Source of the DNA: Flavobacterium sp.
Lineage (GTDB): Bacteria > Bacteroidota > Bacteroidia > Flavobacteriales > Flavobacteriaceae
NCBI RefSeq assembly: GCF_035456085.1
Contig: NZ_DATIDY010000040.1
Location: 7,609-71,608, forward strand
DNA length: 64,000 bases
Direction of reading: 5' to 3'
Part shown: positions 49,240-59,600 of the stretch, in pieces
Layout: every line of letters starts with the position of its first letter
Numbering within the stretch: the stretch's first letter is position 1
Translations under genes and position numbers: made by a program
The notes under the pieces: generated by a model
What the model was told of the DNA's origin: nothing
Databases searched by the model: none
What the model saw: the letters and a program-made list of their open reading frames with translations, nothing else

Positions 49240-49953
49240 ATGAATCAAATCCTAAATACATTTACAATGAAAATAACAAATTTCAAATTCATTTTAACAA
49301 CAAGTATATTAGTCACAACTAACGGCTATTCCTGTGTTAACTGCAATAAGCAACTACAAAACTGCATTGCAAAAAGTTATGATCTGCAAGGCTTTAAGAT
49401 GTTTTCTGCATTTATAGTGTTAACAATTGTTTTAATTCTTTTGACCTATTTTTCTTTACGATCATATAAACACGTTTATTCGCAATTGTTTGCTCCACAG
49501 ATTGCCGCTGCATTAATCATTGGGATTGGAATGGGCGGATTTGCAGATGGAATTGTGTTGCATCAAATATTGCAATGGCATCAAATGCTTTCGAACTCAA
49601 TACCTTCAAATACATTGCTTAACAAAAGTGTAAACATGTTTTGGGATGGCATTTTTCATCTGTTCACATTTCTAGCAACAACGATCGGAATCTATTTGCT
49701 TTGGAGATTGCAAAACCAGAATAATATCAATAAATCTGTACAACTTTTAATCGGAGGAAATTTAACTGGCTGGGGAATTTTTAATTTAATTGAAGGAATA
49801 ATAAACCACCAAATTTTAAAACTTCACAATGTGAGAGAAGCAACCGCGAACCCCGAATTATGGAACTATGGGTTTTTAATGTTCGGAATAACTTTACTAA
49901 TTGCTGGTTTTATTTTGATAAAAAATGAAATAAAAAAAGTTGAAAATCTCTAA
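49240..49953 (+). CDS. DUF2243 membrane protein
   Basis: GGFADGIVLHQILQWHQM, WDGIFH, FNLIEGIINHQILKLHNV. Confidence 0.88.
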   Translation: MNQILNTFTMKITNFKFILTTSILVTTNGYSCVNCNKQLQNCIAKSYDLQGFKMFSAFIVLTIVLILLTYFSLRSYKHVYSQLFAPQIAAALIIGIGMGGFADGIVLHQILQWHQMLSNSIPSNTLLNKSVNMFWDGIFHLFTFLATTIGIYLLWRLQNQNNINKSVQLLIGGNLTGWGIFNLIEGIINHQILKLHNVREATANPELWNYGFLMFGITLLIAGFILIKNEIKKVENL

Positions 49954-50006
49954 TAAAAAGATTGTCAACTGATTTGAAACTTATCGAGAATCACTTAATA
50001 GATTCA

Positions 50007-50363
50007 TCAAGCATATTGCACTTCTGATTTTGTTAAAATAGCAATACCTATTTCGATCAAACCTAAAATCACGTGTGGCAAATAAATAGTGTGGTAAAAT
50101 CCAAATATCCAAGGTGATGTCAGTAGAAAAACACCTGCTAGCAAATCCGCAATAAGATGCATTCTCATAGGAAGCACTTTATAAACTCCTAATTCATAAT
50201 CTGTAAGAATACTGTAAAACAAAGTCAAAATTGAAAGAATGTAAAATATAAGACTCTCTAGACTATTACTATCCAATTGCAAAAGTGAAGGAACTAGTAA
50301 TAAAATAAATCCTAATACGTAGTCGAGATATCCATGAACTTTTGTATAAATTACTTTCATCAC
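50007..50363 (-). CDS. SPW-repeat membrane protein (paralog of 48810)
   Basis: HGYLDY, TDYELG, HLIAD, TSPWIFGF. Confidence 0.82.
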   Translation of the reverse strand: MMKVIYTKVHGYLDYVLGFILLLVPSLLQLDSNSLESLIFYILSILTLFYSILTDYELGVYKVLPMRMHLIADLLAGVFLLTSPWIFGFYHTIYLPHVILGLIEIGIAILTKSEVQYA

Positions 50364-50635
50364 ATGCTAAGTTTAATGTTTGAAAAATGTTTATTTCTTA
50401 ATATCCTAATCTTCCTTCCTTCTCATTAAGAGATAATTTTTTATTCAAAAATAAAATTAACAGTAACTCTATCTTTTACATTTATCCATAAATAATTTAC
50501 ATAATTTTTATAACAAATTACCTAATACACTAATTTAAAACCGATTATATCGATATTCTGTAAAAACTAAACAATATTCTATAACAAAAACTGATATAGT
50601 AGAATTAAATTTAGTTAATTAAAAAATAGACAATT

Positions 50636-51013
50636 ATGATACAGATTATTGATAGCCCTTATAATGTGGCAGCTTTTAAAGCAACAGGAGAAGTAACAGC
50701 AGAAGACTATAAAACAGTGCTGATACCAGCTGTAACACAACTTGTGAAAAACATCGATGAAATTAATTTTTTGTTTTTGATTGATACCGAAATTAAAAAC
50801 TTCACTGCTGCAGCTTGGCTTGAAGATGCATTGGTAGGTTTGAAAAATCTGGGCAAATGGAATCGCGCTGCTATCGTGACGGACAATGAAAGCGCAATAA
50901 GTTTTACAAATGGCTTCAGTTATATTGTTCCTGGTGAATTTCGTGGGTTTAAAAAATCCGAGTTTCAGCAGGCTTTAGATTGGGTTCAGGGTGGCGAAAC
51001 AACTAATCCATAA
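50636..51013 (+). CDS. STAS/SEC14 (SpoIIAA-like) protein
   Basis: G.VT.EDY...L.P, AAWLEDA, RAAIVTD, F......ALDWV. Confidence 0.85.
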   Translation: MIQIIDSPYNVAAFKATGEVTAEDYKTVLIPAVTQLVKNIDEINFLFLIDTEIKNFTAAAWLEDALVGLKNLGKWNRAAIVTDNESAISFTNGFSYIVPGEFRGFKKSEFQQALDWVQGGETTNP

Positions 51014-51077
51014 TGATTAAAGCTACTATATTATTGATTGTTTAAATGAATAAATCATAATGCATTAACTTTTCGAT

Positions 51078-51800
51078 ATGGGTAAAATAAAGGAAATATT
51101 AGCAAACACGGATAATAGACAGTTTCCACTTCCACAAAAAAAATGGAAATATTTTCAGGAATGGCATCATACTATTTTTCTACATTGGGAAATTCCTGTT
51201 TATTATATAGAAGAGTTTATACCAAAAACAATTAAGCTCGATACTTTCAATAATATGGCTTGGATTTCGCTAGTCGCATTTGATGTCAAAAACATGCGAT
51301 TGCGAAACCTTCCTCCGTTTCCTTATATTTCCAATTTTCACGAAATAAATGTCCGTACTTATGTTATAAAAGATGGCATACCGGGAATTTATATGTTTTC
51401 GATCGAAACCAATAAGTTGATAGATGTTTTACTAACTAGAGTTTTTATTGGACTTCCCTATCAAAAATCAGATATTAAATGGGAACAAAAGAGGCTGATT
51501 TCTAAAAATACCGAAAACTATCAATCCCTGGACATCAACATTGGAAAAACCAGGCCGCTGGCAGAAAAAACAGCCTTGGATTTGTGGCTTACTGAAAGAC
51601 ACGCTCTTTATGAAACCTCGAACAACAAATTGTACCGATTTGATATTCATCATAAAGAATGGGAACTTCAAAACTTAGATGTTACAATAAATGATATTCT
51701 ATATGATACAGGAAAATACAGCCTCACCAATTTTCCTGATAGAATTCAATATGCAGAAAAACTTGAACTACTAATTTGGGGAAAGCGACTCTTAGATTGA
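51078..51800 (+). CDS. YqjF/DUF2071 family protein
   Basis: QEWHHTIFLHW, FHEINVRTYV..G.PGIYMFS, WLTERHALY, HHKEW. Confidence 0.88.
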   Translation: MGKIKEILANTDNRQFPLPQKKWKYFQEWHHTIFLHWEIPVYYIEEFIPKTIKLDTFNNMAWISLVAFDVKNMRLRNLPPFPYISNFHEINVRTYVIKDGIPGIYMFSIETNKLIDVLLTRVFIGLPYQKSDIKWEQKRLISKNTENYQSLDINIGKTRPLAEKTALDLWLTERHALYETSNNKLYRFDIHHKEWELQNLDVTINDILYDTGKYSLTNFPDRIQYAEKLELLIWGKRLLD

Positions 51801-51862
51801 ATTAATAAAAAGTTGGCTTCATTAACAAACAAAAAAAATAAACAGTTTACAAAATTTGCAAA

Positions 51863-54800
51863 ATGAATGCTTCTGAAAAACAAACTAATCAAAATATAAA
51901 CTCATCATTTCCAGTGGTTGGTATCGGAACCAGCTATGCCGAAATTGATAATTTAAAAACTAGTATTGCCAATCTTCCGCTCGATTCCGGGATGGCTTTT
52001 TTGGTATTTGAAGATTTGGCCGCCAGACAACATCAAAATTTAACCGAAGAAATTAGTTTGCATACCAAACTTCCAGTACATGAAATTGTCAGTACAATAG
52101 ATTTATCTCCGAATCATATTTATGTGATTCCTCCTGGAAATTTTTTAACCTGGGAAAATGGCGACCTTATGCTTAAACCCGCTATCCGAAGTAGCAAAAC
52201 CACAAACAGTCTTGATATATTCTTTTATTCGCTTGCGCAAAAATATTACAGCTATGCCGTAGGTCTTTTGTTGTCATGGTCAACGATGGATGGTGTTTCT
52301 GGGTTAAAAACAATTAGGGAATTTGGAGGTGCGACCATTTCGGCAGTAACCAAAAGCGGGTTTGTTCTCAATAAAACCACTTCAGATTTTATAGATTACA
52401 TTACATCGTCAGAACAAACAACTTCGATACTTCTCGAGATCAATAAAAGTTACTTGGCCAACCATGCCTATCAGGAACAAGAGGTCACTGTAGAGGAACA
52501 GAATATTTTTAACAGCATTGTCAACCTTGTAGTTTTAAGGTCTGGAACTAATTTTCATAACTATAAACCACAAACACTCCGCAGAAGAATTGCCAAGAGA
52601 ATGGTTTTTACCAAACAGGAAACGGGGGAACAATATCTTAATTTATTAAAAAACAGTCCAGCAGAACAGGATTTATTGTTTAATGATTTCCTGATTCCGG
52701 TAACGTATTTTTTTCGTGATCCGCAGTTTTATGATAGCTTGTCACAAATTGTTTTTCCTTCTCTGATCGAAAGATTGAGCGATAACGAATTGCGAATTTG
52801 GTCTGCTGGATGCTCCACAGGTGAAGAGGTTTATTCGCTAGCCATTGTGTTGGATGAATATTTGCAAAAAATTAATAACAGAAATATATCGGTAAAGATT
52901 TTTGCTTCTGATCTTTCGCTCAAATGTATTGAAAAAGCTCGCGCAGGTATTTACACGCTTCAGGATTTAAAAAATATAGATGCCAAAAGAATCGAAAAAT
53001 ATTTTATAAAAAGAGAAAATGGATACCATGTCAAAAAAGCGATACGGGACAATTGTGTTTTTGCTATGCATGATCTAACAAAGGATTTTCCGTTTTCACG
53101 AATTGATTTTATTTCATGCAGAAATGTCCTGATTTATTTTAATACTGAACTTCAAAATCAGGTGCTTACTTCGTTTCATTATGCACTTAAGGAAAATGGT
53201 TTTCTGTTTCTTGGAAAAGCTGAATCGGCTTATAGCCAACAAAATTTATTTACAGCAGTCGAAGAAAAAGAAAAAATTTATATTCGAAAAAATGTAGAAA
53301 GCGACCTTGTTATTCCTAATCTCATTAAAGATATCAATTTCCTCAGAAACCAAACTGCCGAACCAATAACTCCTTTACTGGCTAAAAAAGATTTTAGAAA
53401 AATTATTTCTGATATTCTGCTCGAAAGCTATTCGCCAGCGGCTGTTTTAATAAATGAAGATCTCGAAATCGTGTATTTTCATGGTGACACAAGTCCATTT
53501 TTACAGCCACCGCCGGGCAAACCGAGTTTTAATATTATGAACATGGCACCTCAGGAACTGCGGTTTTCTTTAAGAAATGCCATTTTAAGAGCCCGAAACG
53601 AGAAAAAAAACTTTGCTGCAGACAATATAAAAATCAAAAGTCAGGCGTTTTTAGTTTCGTTTGAGGTGGTGTATTTGGCCGCGCATACAGATTTGTTGAT
53701 GATTATTTTTTATAGAAAGTCAGGCAAAGGAGAAACATTTAATGGTGTGGATATTGATCCGAATAATGAAGAATTAATCATGCTTCAAAATGATTTTAAG
53801 CAGTTAAGCGAAGAACAACAAATTTATTTTGAAGAACTTCAAACCAGTAATGAAGAATTGTCCCGACGTACTGAAGAATTACAGCTTTTGAATGAACAAC
53901 TGGAAGTCGCTGCAGAAGAACTTCGGTCTAATAATGAAGAGCTTTCGTTTACAAACGAAGAACTTAATGACCGCCGTAAAGAATTAGCTTCGATGCGAAA
54001 TTTTTACGAATCAATTGTAAAAACAATTAAAGAGCCGCTGCTTATTATAGATAAAAATTTTATCGTTCACAGCGCCAATCCAGCTTTTTACAGCTATTTT
54101 GAAATGCAAGAAGAACACACAGAAGAATTTTCAATATTTGATTTGGGAAATTCTAATTGGAATACTGCCGAGTTTAAAGAATCTGTTCTAAAAAAAATCA
54201 GCCGCAACGAAACGGTAGACAATATTAAAATTCAATTTAATGAAAGTGGTGGCAAAGAAAAAACTATGCTAGTAAGCACCGCCTTCATTGAAGAATCTAT
54301 ACCGAAAGGAATGGTGCTGCTCGCTTTTGAAGACATTACTGAATCTGAGGAATATAATAAATCCTTACGGGCCAAAAATATCCAGCTTTCCAAACAAAGT
54401 CAACAACTGAAATCATTCACTGCGGCAGCTAGTCACAACCTTTTAGATCCGGTGAGTAAGATTTCGATGTTTGCCAAAAAAATCATTGATAGTGAAAACA
54501 ATTTATCTGAGGTTGGAAGATACAACATCAACAGATTATTGTCTGCGGCAAAAAATCTTAATCTGCTAATGGAAGATCTTATCAATTATTCTAAAATTAA
54601 TTTTGAAGAAAAAAAATTCAAAAAAACCGATCTGAATGTGCTGTTAAAGAAAGCGCTGAATACGCTAAAACCAATGATTAAAGAACGTAACGCTGTTATC
54701 GAAGCCGATTTGTTGCCCACCTTAAATGTTATTCCGTATCAAATTCATATGCTTTTTATCCATTTAATTTCAAATGCCATAAAATATGCAAAACAAGATA

Positions 54801-55132
54801 GTCATCCGCAAATAAAAGTAAACGTCCATCAACTTGAATTAGAGGATTTTGACCTTTTGGATGCTAATTCACACACAGAATATGTCAAATTATCTGTTAG
54901 TGATAACGGAATGGGATTCCAAAAAGATTTTGAAACACTTATTTTCAACCCATTTTATAAACTGCAAGGCAATAATATTCAATACGGTACAGGATTGGGT
55001 TTGACATTTGTTCAGCAAATTGTGTGGAATCATAAAGGTTTTATCAGGGCATCCAGTCTTCCAGGCGTAGGTACTTCTATTTATGTTTATTTGCCTTTGG
55101 AAATTTCGTATGCGGAGAAATTAGTGGTGTAG
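51863..55132 (+). CDS. CheB-like (degenerate)-CheR methyltransferase-coiled coil-PAS-histidine kinase hybrid
   Basis: CheB-like N-terminus; CheR (LIPVTYFFRD, IWSAGCSTGEEVYS, CRNVLIYF); EELQTSNEEL zipper; H-box SHNL; NAIKY, DNGMG, GTGLGL. Confidence 0.9.
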   Translation: MNASEKQTNQNINSSFPVVGIGTSYAEIDNLKTSIANLPLDSGMAFLVFEDLAARQHQNLTEEISLHTKLPVHEIVSTIDLSPNHIYVIPPGNFLTWENGDLMLKPAIRSSKTTNSLDIFFYSLAQKYYSYAVGLLLSWSTMDGVSGLKTIREFGGATISAVTKSGFVLNKTTSDFIDYITSSEQTTSILLEINKSYLANHAYQEQEVTVEEQNIFNSIVNLVVLRSGTNFHNYKPQTLRRRIAKRMVFTKQETGEQYLNLLKNSPAEQDLLFNDFLIPVTYFFRDPQFYDSLSQIVFPSLIERLSDNELRIWSAGCSTGEEVYSLAIVLDEYLQKINNRNISVKIFASDLSLKCIEKARAGIYTLQDLKNIDAKRIEKYFIKRENGYHVKKAIRDNCVFAMHDLTKDFPFSRIDFISCRNVLIYFNTELQNQVLTSFHYALKENGFLFLGKAESAYSQQNLFTAVEEKEKIYIRKNVESDLVIPNLIKDINFLRNQTAEPITPLLAKKDFRKIISDILLESYSPAAVLINEDLEIVYFHGDTSPFLQPPPGKPSFNIMNMAPQELRFSLRNAILRARNEKKNFAADNIKIKSQAFLVSFEVVYLAAHTDLLMIIFYRKSGKGETFNGVDIDPNNEELIMLQNDFKQLSEEQQIYFEELQTSNEELSRRTEELQLLNEQLEVAAEELRSNNEELSFTNEELNDRRKELASMRNFYESIVKTIKEPLLIIDKNFIVHSANPAFYSYFEMQEEHTEEFSIFDLGNSNWNTAEFKESVLKKISRNETVDNIKIQFNESGGKEKTMLVSTAFIEESIPKGMVLLAFEDITESEEYNKSLRAKNIQLSKQSQQLKSFTAAASHNLLDPVSKISMFAKKIIDSENNLSEVGRYNINRLLSAAKNLNLLMEDLINYSKINFEEKKFKKTDLNVLLKKALNTLKPMIKERNAVIEADLLPTLNVIPYQIHMLFIHLISNAIKYAKQDSHPQIKVNVHQLELEDFDLLDANSHTEYVKLSVSDNGMGFQKDFETLIFNPFYKLQGNNIQYGTGLGLTFVQQIVWNHKGFIRASSLPGVGTSIYVYLPLEISYAEKLVV

Positions 55133-55247
55133 TTTCATTTACAATAAAAAGTGGTGAATATTGCAACAATTGAAGATAATCATATAAAAATCAGATAATT
55201 AACTTATTTAAATTCATTCCTTATTAATTTTTATAATTTAAATTGTC

Positions 55248-56048
55248 ATGGAAAATCAACATCAATATGCCCTTATTACAGGTGCTACAGAAGGAATTGG
55301 TTATGAGCTTGCAAAACTTTTTGCAAAAGATAAATACAACTTGGTCATTGTTGCCCGAAATCAGGACGAATTGGATGTGACGGCAGATGAATTAAAGCAG
55401 TATGGAGTTCGTGTATTTACTTCTGCCAGAGATCTTTTTAAAAGTGAAGATGTTTTTGGTTTATGTCAGGAATTAGACGAGAGAGGTATTGAAATCAACG
55501 TTCTAGTCAATAACGCCGGACAAGGAATTTATGGACTTTTTAAGGATACTGATCTCAAAAGAGAATTAGATATTGTGAACTTAAATATTAATGCTACGAT
55601 TATATTAACCAAACACTTTTTAAAAAACATGTTGCTTCGAAACGAAGGGAAAATTCTTTATCTGGCTTCTATAGCAAGTAAAACTCCTGGACCTTGGCAA
55701 TCGGTGTACCATGGAACTAAAGCTTTTGTACTTTCATTTTCGGAAGCATTGCGATCTGAATTAGAAGATACAAATATCACCGTGACTGCTTTACTTCCAG
55801 GACCTACAAATACAGACTTTTTCAATAAAGCTAATATGACAAACAGTAAAATAGTGCAGGACAAAGATTCATTGGCTGATCCTCAGGATGTTGCTCTGGA
55901 TGGTTATACTGCATTAATGGGCAATAAAGACAAAATAGTATCAGGCTTAAATAATAAACTAAAAGTGGGTATGAGCAATGTTCTTTCTGATAGCCTGAAT
56001 GCTGAAATGATGAAGGAGCAGCAAAAACCAGTTGATGGACGAGATTAA
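55248..56048 (+). CDS. SDR family oxidoreductase
   Basis: ITGATEGIG, NNAG, YHGTK, LLPGPT. Confidence 0.93.
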   Translation: MENQHQYALITGATEGIGYELAKLFAKDKYNLVIVARNQDELDVTADELKQYGVRVFTSARDLFKSEDVFGLCQELDERGIEINVLVNNAGQGIYGLFKDTDLKRELDIVNLNINATIILTKHFLKNMLLRNEGKILYLASIASKTPGPWQSVYHGTKAFVLSFSEALRSELEDTNITVTALLPGPTNTDFFNKANMTNSKIVQDKDSLADPQDVALDGYTALMGNKDKIVSGLNNKLKVGMSNVLSDSLNAEMMKEQQKPVDGRD

Positions 56049-56074
56049 TTTTGTGGTAAATTTTAAAATATAAG

Positions 56075-56104
56075 AAAGCCTGTTATGAGTGAATAACAGG
56101 CTTT
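56075..56104. terminator. Bidirectional terminator
   Basis: AAAGCCTGTTAT-gagtga-ATAACAGGCTTT between convergent genes. Confidence 0.75.
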
Positions 56105-56152
56105 TGTTTTATATTTTTTTGAACTTAAAATTAATAGTAGAAACAAAACTTT

Positions 56153-57151
56153 CTAATCATTTTGATTCTGCATTCCGAAAAGATTTCCTTTTTGAAACAA
56201 TTTTGTGTCTTGTTTTAAAGCTTTACTATTGCGATTAGTAAGTTCTTTAGAATCTAAATTACTTAAATCAGGTTTTCCAGCATTTACCCAAGCTGTATAC
56301 CAAAAACTTGCCGTAGCAGTAATTGCTTTTTTCATCTGATTTTCGACCATTCCGTTTAATTGATTGTTCAGCTTTGTAGCATATTCATCTGAAAACACAG
56401 CAGAATTATATTTGTTTTTCACCACTTTCCCATTGGCATCCATAACAAAAATTTGATTTTCTGGAGTTGAAGTTCTTAATTTTTTATCAATTGTTAATAA
56501 TGGTTCAACTAAGCTGTGTGTATCATTAATCATATCCCAAGTAGCTTTATGAACATCTTCATAATAATGCGCTTCTGGAACATTCAATTTGTAGTTTTTG
56601 GCAAATAATTCAGGCAACCTGCTTTCCCATAATGAATGAATTCCCTTTTGATCGCTCAATTGTCCATCGTGATTTGCAGAAGTATGCAACGGCATATGAG
56701 CATCTCCAATATAATGCCCTAAATCGGCAGCAAGAAATAAAATTTCAGCTCTGTTTTTATCTTTGAATGCTTTGGTTAATTTAACCATCATATCTTCAAT
56801 ATACCAAGGCAAAATACCATTATCATTTAGAAATTTAGCATCATATTTTTTTTTGGCTTCTTCTAATGTTTTTGGCATATCTTCTACAGCACCAAAATTT
56901 TCCATATCCAAATAATGTCTCGGATTTTCCTCTTTGTAATTCAATGCGTATTTACGAATATCTGGAACAGAAGCTTCCTGAGTTATAAAATCAATGTGAT
57001 TGTAAAAAAATACTTGAAGCGGTTTAGGCAAAGCCATTACTGCAGCTTTGTTAATTCTTTCATGACCTACAATTCCCCACGACAAAGTGATAAAACCAAT
57101 ACCAATTACAGTGAATGTTAGGATAGTGTGTTTTAATTTAAAATTTTTCAT
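56153..57151 (-). CDS. Secreted S1/P1 nuclease / Zn-dependent phospholipase C family protein
   Basis: Signal peptide then WGIVGH, HYLD, GHYIGDAHMPLH, IHSLWE. Confidence 0.88.
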   Translation of the reverse strand: MKNFKLKHTILTFTVIGIGFITLSWGIVGHERINKAAVMALPKPLQVFFYNHIDFITQEASVPDIRKYALNYKEENPRHYLDMENFGAVEDMPKTLEEAKKKYDAKFLNDNGILPWYIEDMMVKLTKAFKDKNRAEILFLAADLGHYIGDAHMPLHTSANHDGQLSDQKGIHSLWESRLPELFAKNYKLNVPEAHYYEDVHKATWDMINDTHSLVEPLLTIDKKLRTSTPENQIFVMDANGKVVKNKYNSAVFSDEYATKLNNQLNGMVENQMKKAITATASFWYTAWVNAGKPDLSNLDSKELTNRNSKALKQDTKLFQKGNLFGMQNQND

Positions 57152-57248
57152 TATATTTATTTTATTGAATTACAAAAGTATCTTTTTTAAAGATAATTTA
57201 AACAAACTGGGGTTTAATTTTATATTAATTCAAAAGAACTAAATTAAT

Positions 57249-57995
57249 ATGTTTAGGCATCAAGGCAGCAACAGAACATCAAAACATAATTTACGTCTTG
57301 CCATACTATTATCTTTTGTGGCAGGGACTGTGAATATCACAGGAGTTTTGGCTGTAAATACGTTAACAACAAATGTAACCGGCCATTTTGCCTTTTTTGC
57401 AGAAGAAACAACCAAACATAACTATCAATCTGCTATTGTTTTTTTAATTTATACACTGTTTTTTTTAGCGGGTGCTTTCGTATCAAACTTTTTAGCTGAA
57501 TTAATTTCTAAAAAAAATAAAAATCTTTCTCATCTACCCGCAATAGCTATCGAAATTGCCATTTTGATTTCCGTAGGACTTTTTAGTATGCTTCCTAATT
57601 TTTATTTATTCGAAGAAAAATGGATTGCATTTGCCCTCCTTTTCGCGATGGGAATTCAAAATGCATTGGTGACCAAAATCTCAAAATCTACTGTTAGAAC
57701 CACGCATTTAACTGGCCTTTTTACTGACTTAGGAATAGAATTATCTCAATTATTTTTTTACAAAAAAACAGAAGAAAGAATCGCTTTAAAAACTATTATC
57801 TATCTAAGGCTTTCCATTATTTTTTTCTTCTTTCTAGGTTGTTTTATGGGCGGGTTCATATATGGTTTTCTGCTTCTAAAAACGCTGTTTATTGCTGTTA
57901 TTTTTCTCTTTATCGCCCTTTACTATGATTACATCCGATTCCATTTAATCACGATAAAACGAAAAAAATCAATTTTAATTAAACACAAGTACTAG
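57249..57995 (+). CDS. YoaK/DUF1275 family membrane protein
   Basis: LSFVAG, TTNVTGH, FAMGIQNA, RTTHLTGLFTDLG. Confidence 0.9.
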   Translation: MFRHQGSNRTSKHNLRLAILLSFVAGTVNITGVLAVNTLTTNVTGHFAFFAEETTKHNYQSAIVFLIYTLFFLAGAFVSNFLAELISKKNKNLSHLPAIAIEIAILISVGLFSMLPNFYLFEEKWIAFALLFAMGIQNALVTKISKSTVRTTHLTGLFTDLGIELSQLFFYKKTEERIALKTIIYLRLSIIFFFFLGCFMGGFIYGFLLLKTLFIAVIFLFIALYYDYIRFHLITIKRKKSILIKHKY

Positions 57996-58187
57996 TGAAG
58001 TTCAGCTAGTCCGTAAAATTATCCCATTCTGTTGTCATTCTAACCAAGGGAGATGAGCAAGACAATATTCCACAATTTTTTTTTACACAATATCTTGACA
58101 GCGAAATGCTGGAGGCTTTTATCCTATTCTGCAGTTTTAAAGAACATAAAAGAGAAAAGTCATGAACTATGCACAGCAGGCTAAACA

Positions 58188-58760
58188 TTAGTAAAAATTC
58201 GAATAAGCATTATGTTTAATCAATTGGTCACTTATTAAAGTTACTTTTTTTGTTTTGATATTTACTTTGCACCGAAAGTAAGACACACCTACTGACTCCT
58301 TATTGATATCTTCATATCCAACACTATAAACTACATATTCAAATTGTCTTAAAGGTTCTATATAAAGTCTTAGATCATCGAACTCCTCACCACGTTTCTT
58401 TTGCAAGTCAATTACAGTTTTATCTTTTTCCAATAAATCGTGTACAAGCATCCAATTTAATGTTTCTTCAATTACTTCCTGACTATGAATCTCACTCCAA
58501 AATTTCCCGTATCGTTTTTCGAGAATTTCATAGGTCTTTTTATTTAGTTTTTCAGCTACAGATGATCCGCTACAGCCTAACAGTTCGCATTCAATACCCC
58601 ATTTTTTATCAATAACTTTGCTACGTTCAAAAGCTTTCCAATCTGGAAGACCTCCAACATACATTGTAAGAACTTTATTTGTATCATCCTTTTCTTTTTG
58701 ATTGCAACTTGCAATAACAAATAATAGAGCAATTATCAAAGTTTTTAAAATATGTTTCAT
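58188..58760 (-). CDS. Hypothetical lipoprotein
   Basis: Lipobox IASC; KWGI....GC...LNKKTY..LEKRYGK.W segment. Confidence 0.7.
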   Translation of the reverse strand: MKHILKTLIIALLFVIASCNQKEKDDTNKVLTMYVGGLPDWKAFERSKVIDKKWGIECELLGCSGSSVAEKLNKKTYEILEKRYGKFWSEIHSQEVIEETLNWMLVHDLLEKDKTVIDLQKKRGEEFDDLRLYIEPLRQFEYVVYSVGYEDINKESVGVSYFRCKVNIKTKKVTLISDQLIKHNAYSNFY

Positions 58761-58822
58761 GGGGAAATTTTATTCTTCAATTAGTGTTTTTCATTTATAT
58801 GATATATGCAATACGAATTAAA

Positions 58823-59290
58823 TTACTGCATTAAAATGCTATACTTGATGGTTGTAAAAAACATTATCCTGTCTTTATTTAGGGATAGAGGACTGTTGTA
58901 TCTCCTTCTTAATGAAATGGTCTTATTGCCAATATTGGCCGCATAACACCCATATCGAAATTGAATAAGAGGTTGAGACATTTTTTTTTGGATTGATTCC
59001 AAAGTCGTATTTGGAACACCTTCATCCTCTTTCTCAGGAATTAAATTATACACAATGGTCACTATTATTCCGTTTTGAATACCTATAAGGATTTCACCTA
59101 GTTTCCTGTTATATAAATGCGATTCTTTGGGGCCAATGTATTGATAAGTTAAAACACGGGTCATGGGAGAAAAATCCAGTAATTTGAATTGTTTATCTGG
59201 TATTAATCGTTTCCCTATTTCAAATTTTTGAGAAAATGAGTTAGCCGAAAACAAAAAAACTATTGAGAAGATAAATATTTTGATTTTCAT
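58823..59290 (-). CDS. Hypothetical secreted protein
   Basis: Signal-peptide-like N-terminus (MKIKIFIFSIVFLFSANSFSQ). Confidence 0.6.
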   Translation of the reverse strand: MKIKIFIFSIVFLFSANSFSQKFEIGKRLIPDKQFKLLDFSPMTRVLTYQYIGPKESHLYNRKLGEILIGIQNGIIVTIVYNLIPEKEDEGVPNTTLESIQKKMSQPLIQFRYGCYAANIGNKTISLRRRYNSPLSLNKDRIMFFTTIKYSILMQ

Positions 59291-59481
59291 AAAATTATTT
59301 CGCTTAAGCATTGGTGTAATTTAGAATTGAGGGCGATATAAAAAGAGTTCTAAACTGTCGATTTCAACATTTATTATGCCTTTCAGCTTTTTTAACTATC
59401 GAAAAATAGTATTCAGCATGTTTTTTTTAACAGCCATTAATTTCAATCCATCGGAGATTTACTACTTTCAAGAACATTTAT

Positions 59482-59528
59482 AAAAGTTCGAAGGCGAATC
59501 CCGAAAACATTCGGAATCGAAGAGCGGG
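59482..59528 (-). repeat. REP-like palindrome R1
   Basis: AAAAGTTCGAAG...TCGAAGAGCGGG with an internal CCGAA-aaca-TTCGG hairpin; shares flanks with R3. Confidence 0.55.
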
Positions 59529-59600
59529 CTACTAGATCTTTGAGCATTTACTCCGCTCGCCACAATTCCAACTCGAATAAGTGATTTACACATAATATTG

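Noticed and set aside
51863-55132. Chemotaxis pathway
   Set aside because: No MCP, CheA, CheW or CheY genes; this is a CheB/CheR-kinase hybrid with a degenerate CheB.
45630-55247. A shared stress-sigma promoter (TGTAAC/TATAAC-like words upstream of several island genes)
   Set aside because: The words are short, AT-rich and lack a fixed second box or spacing, so they cannot be distinguished from background by eye.
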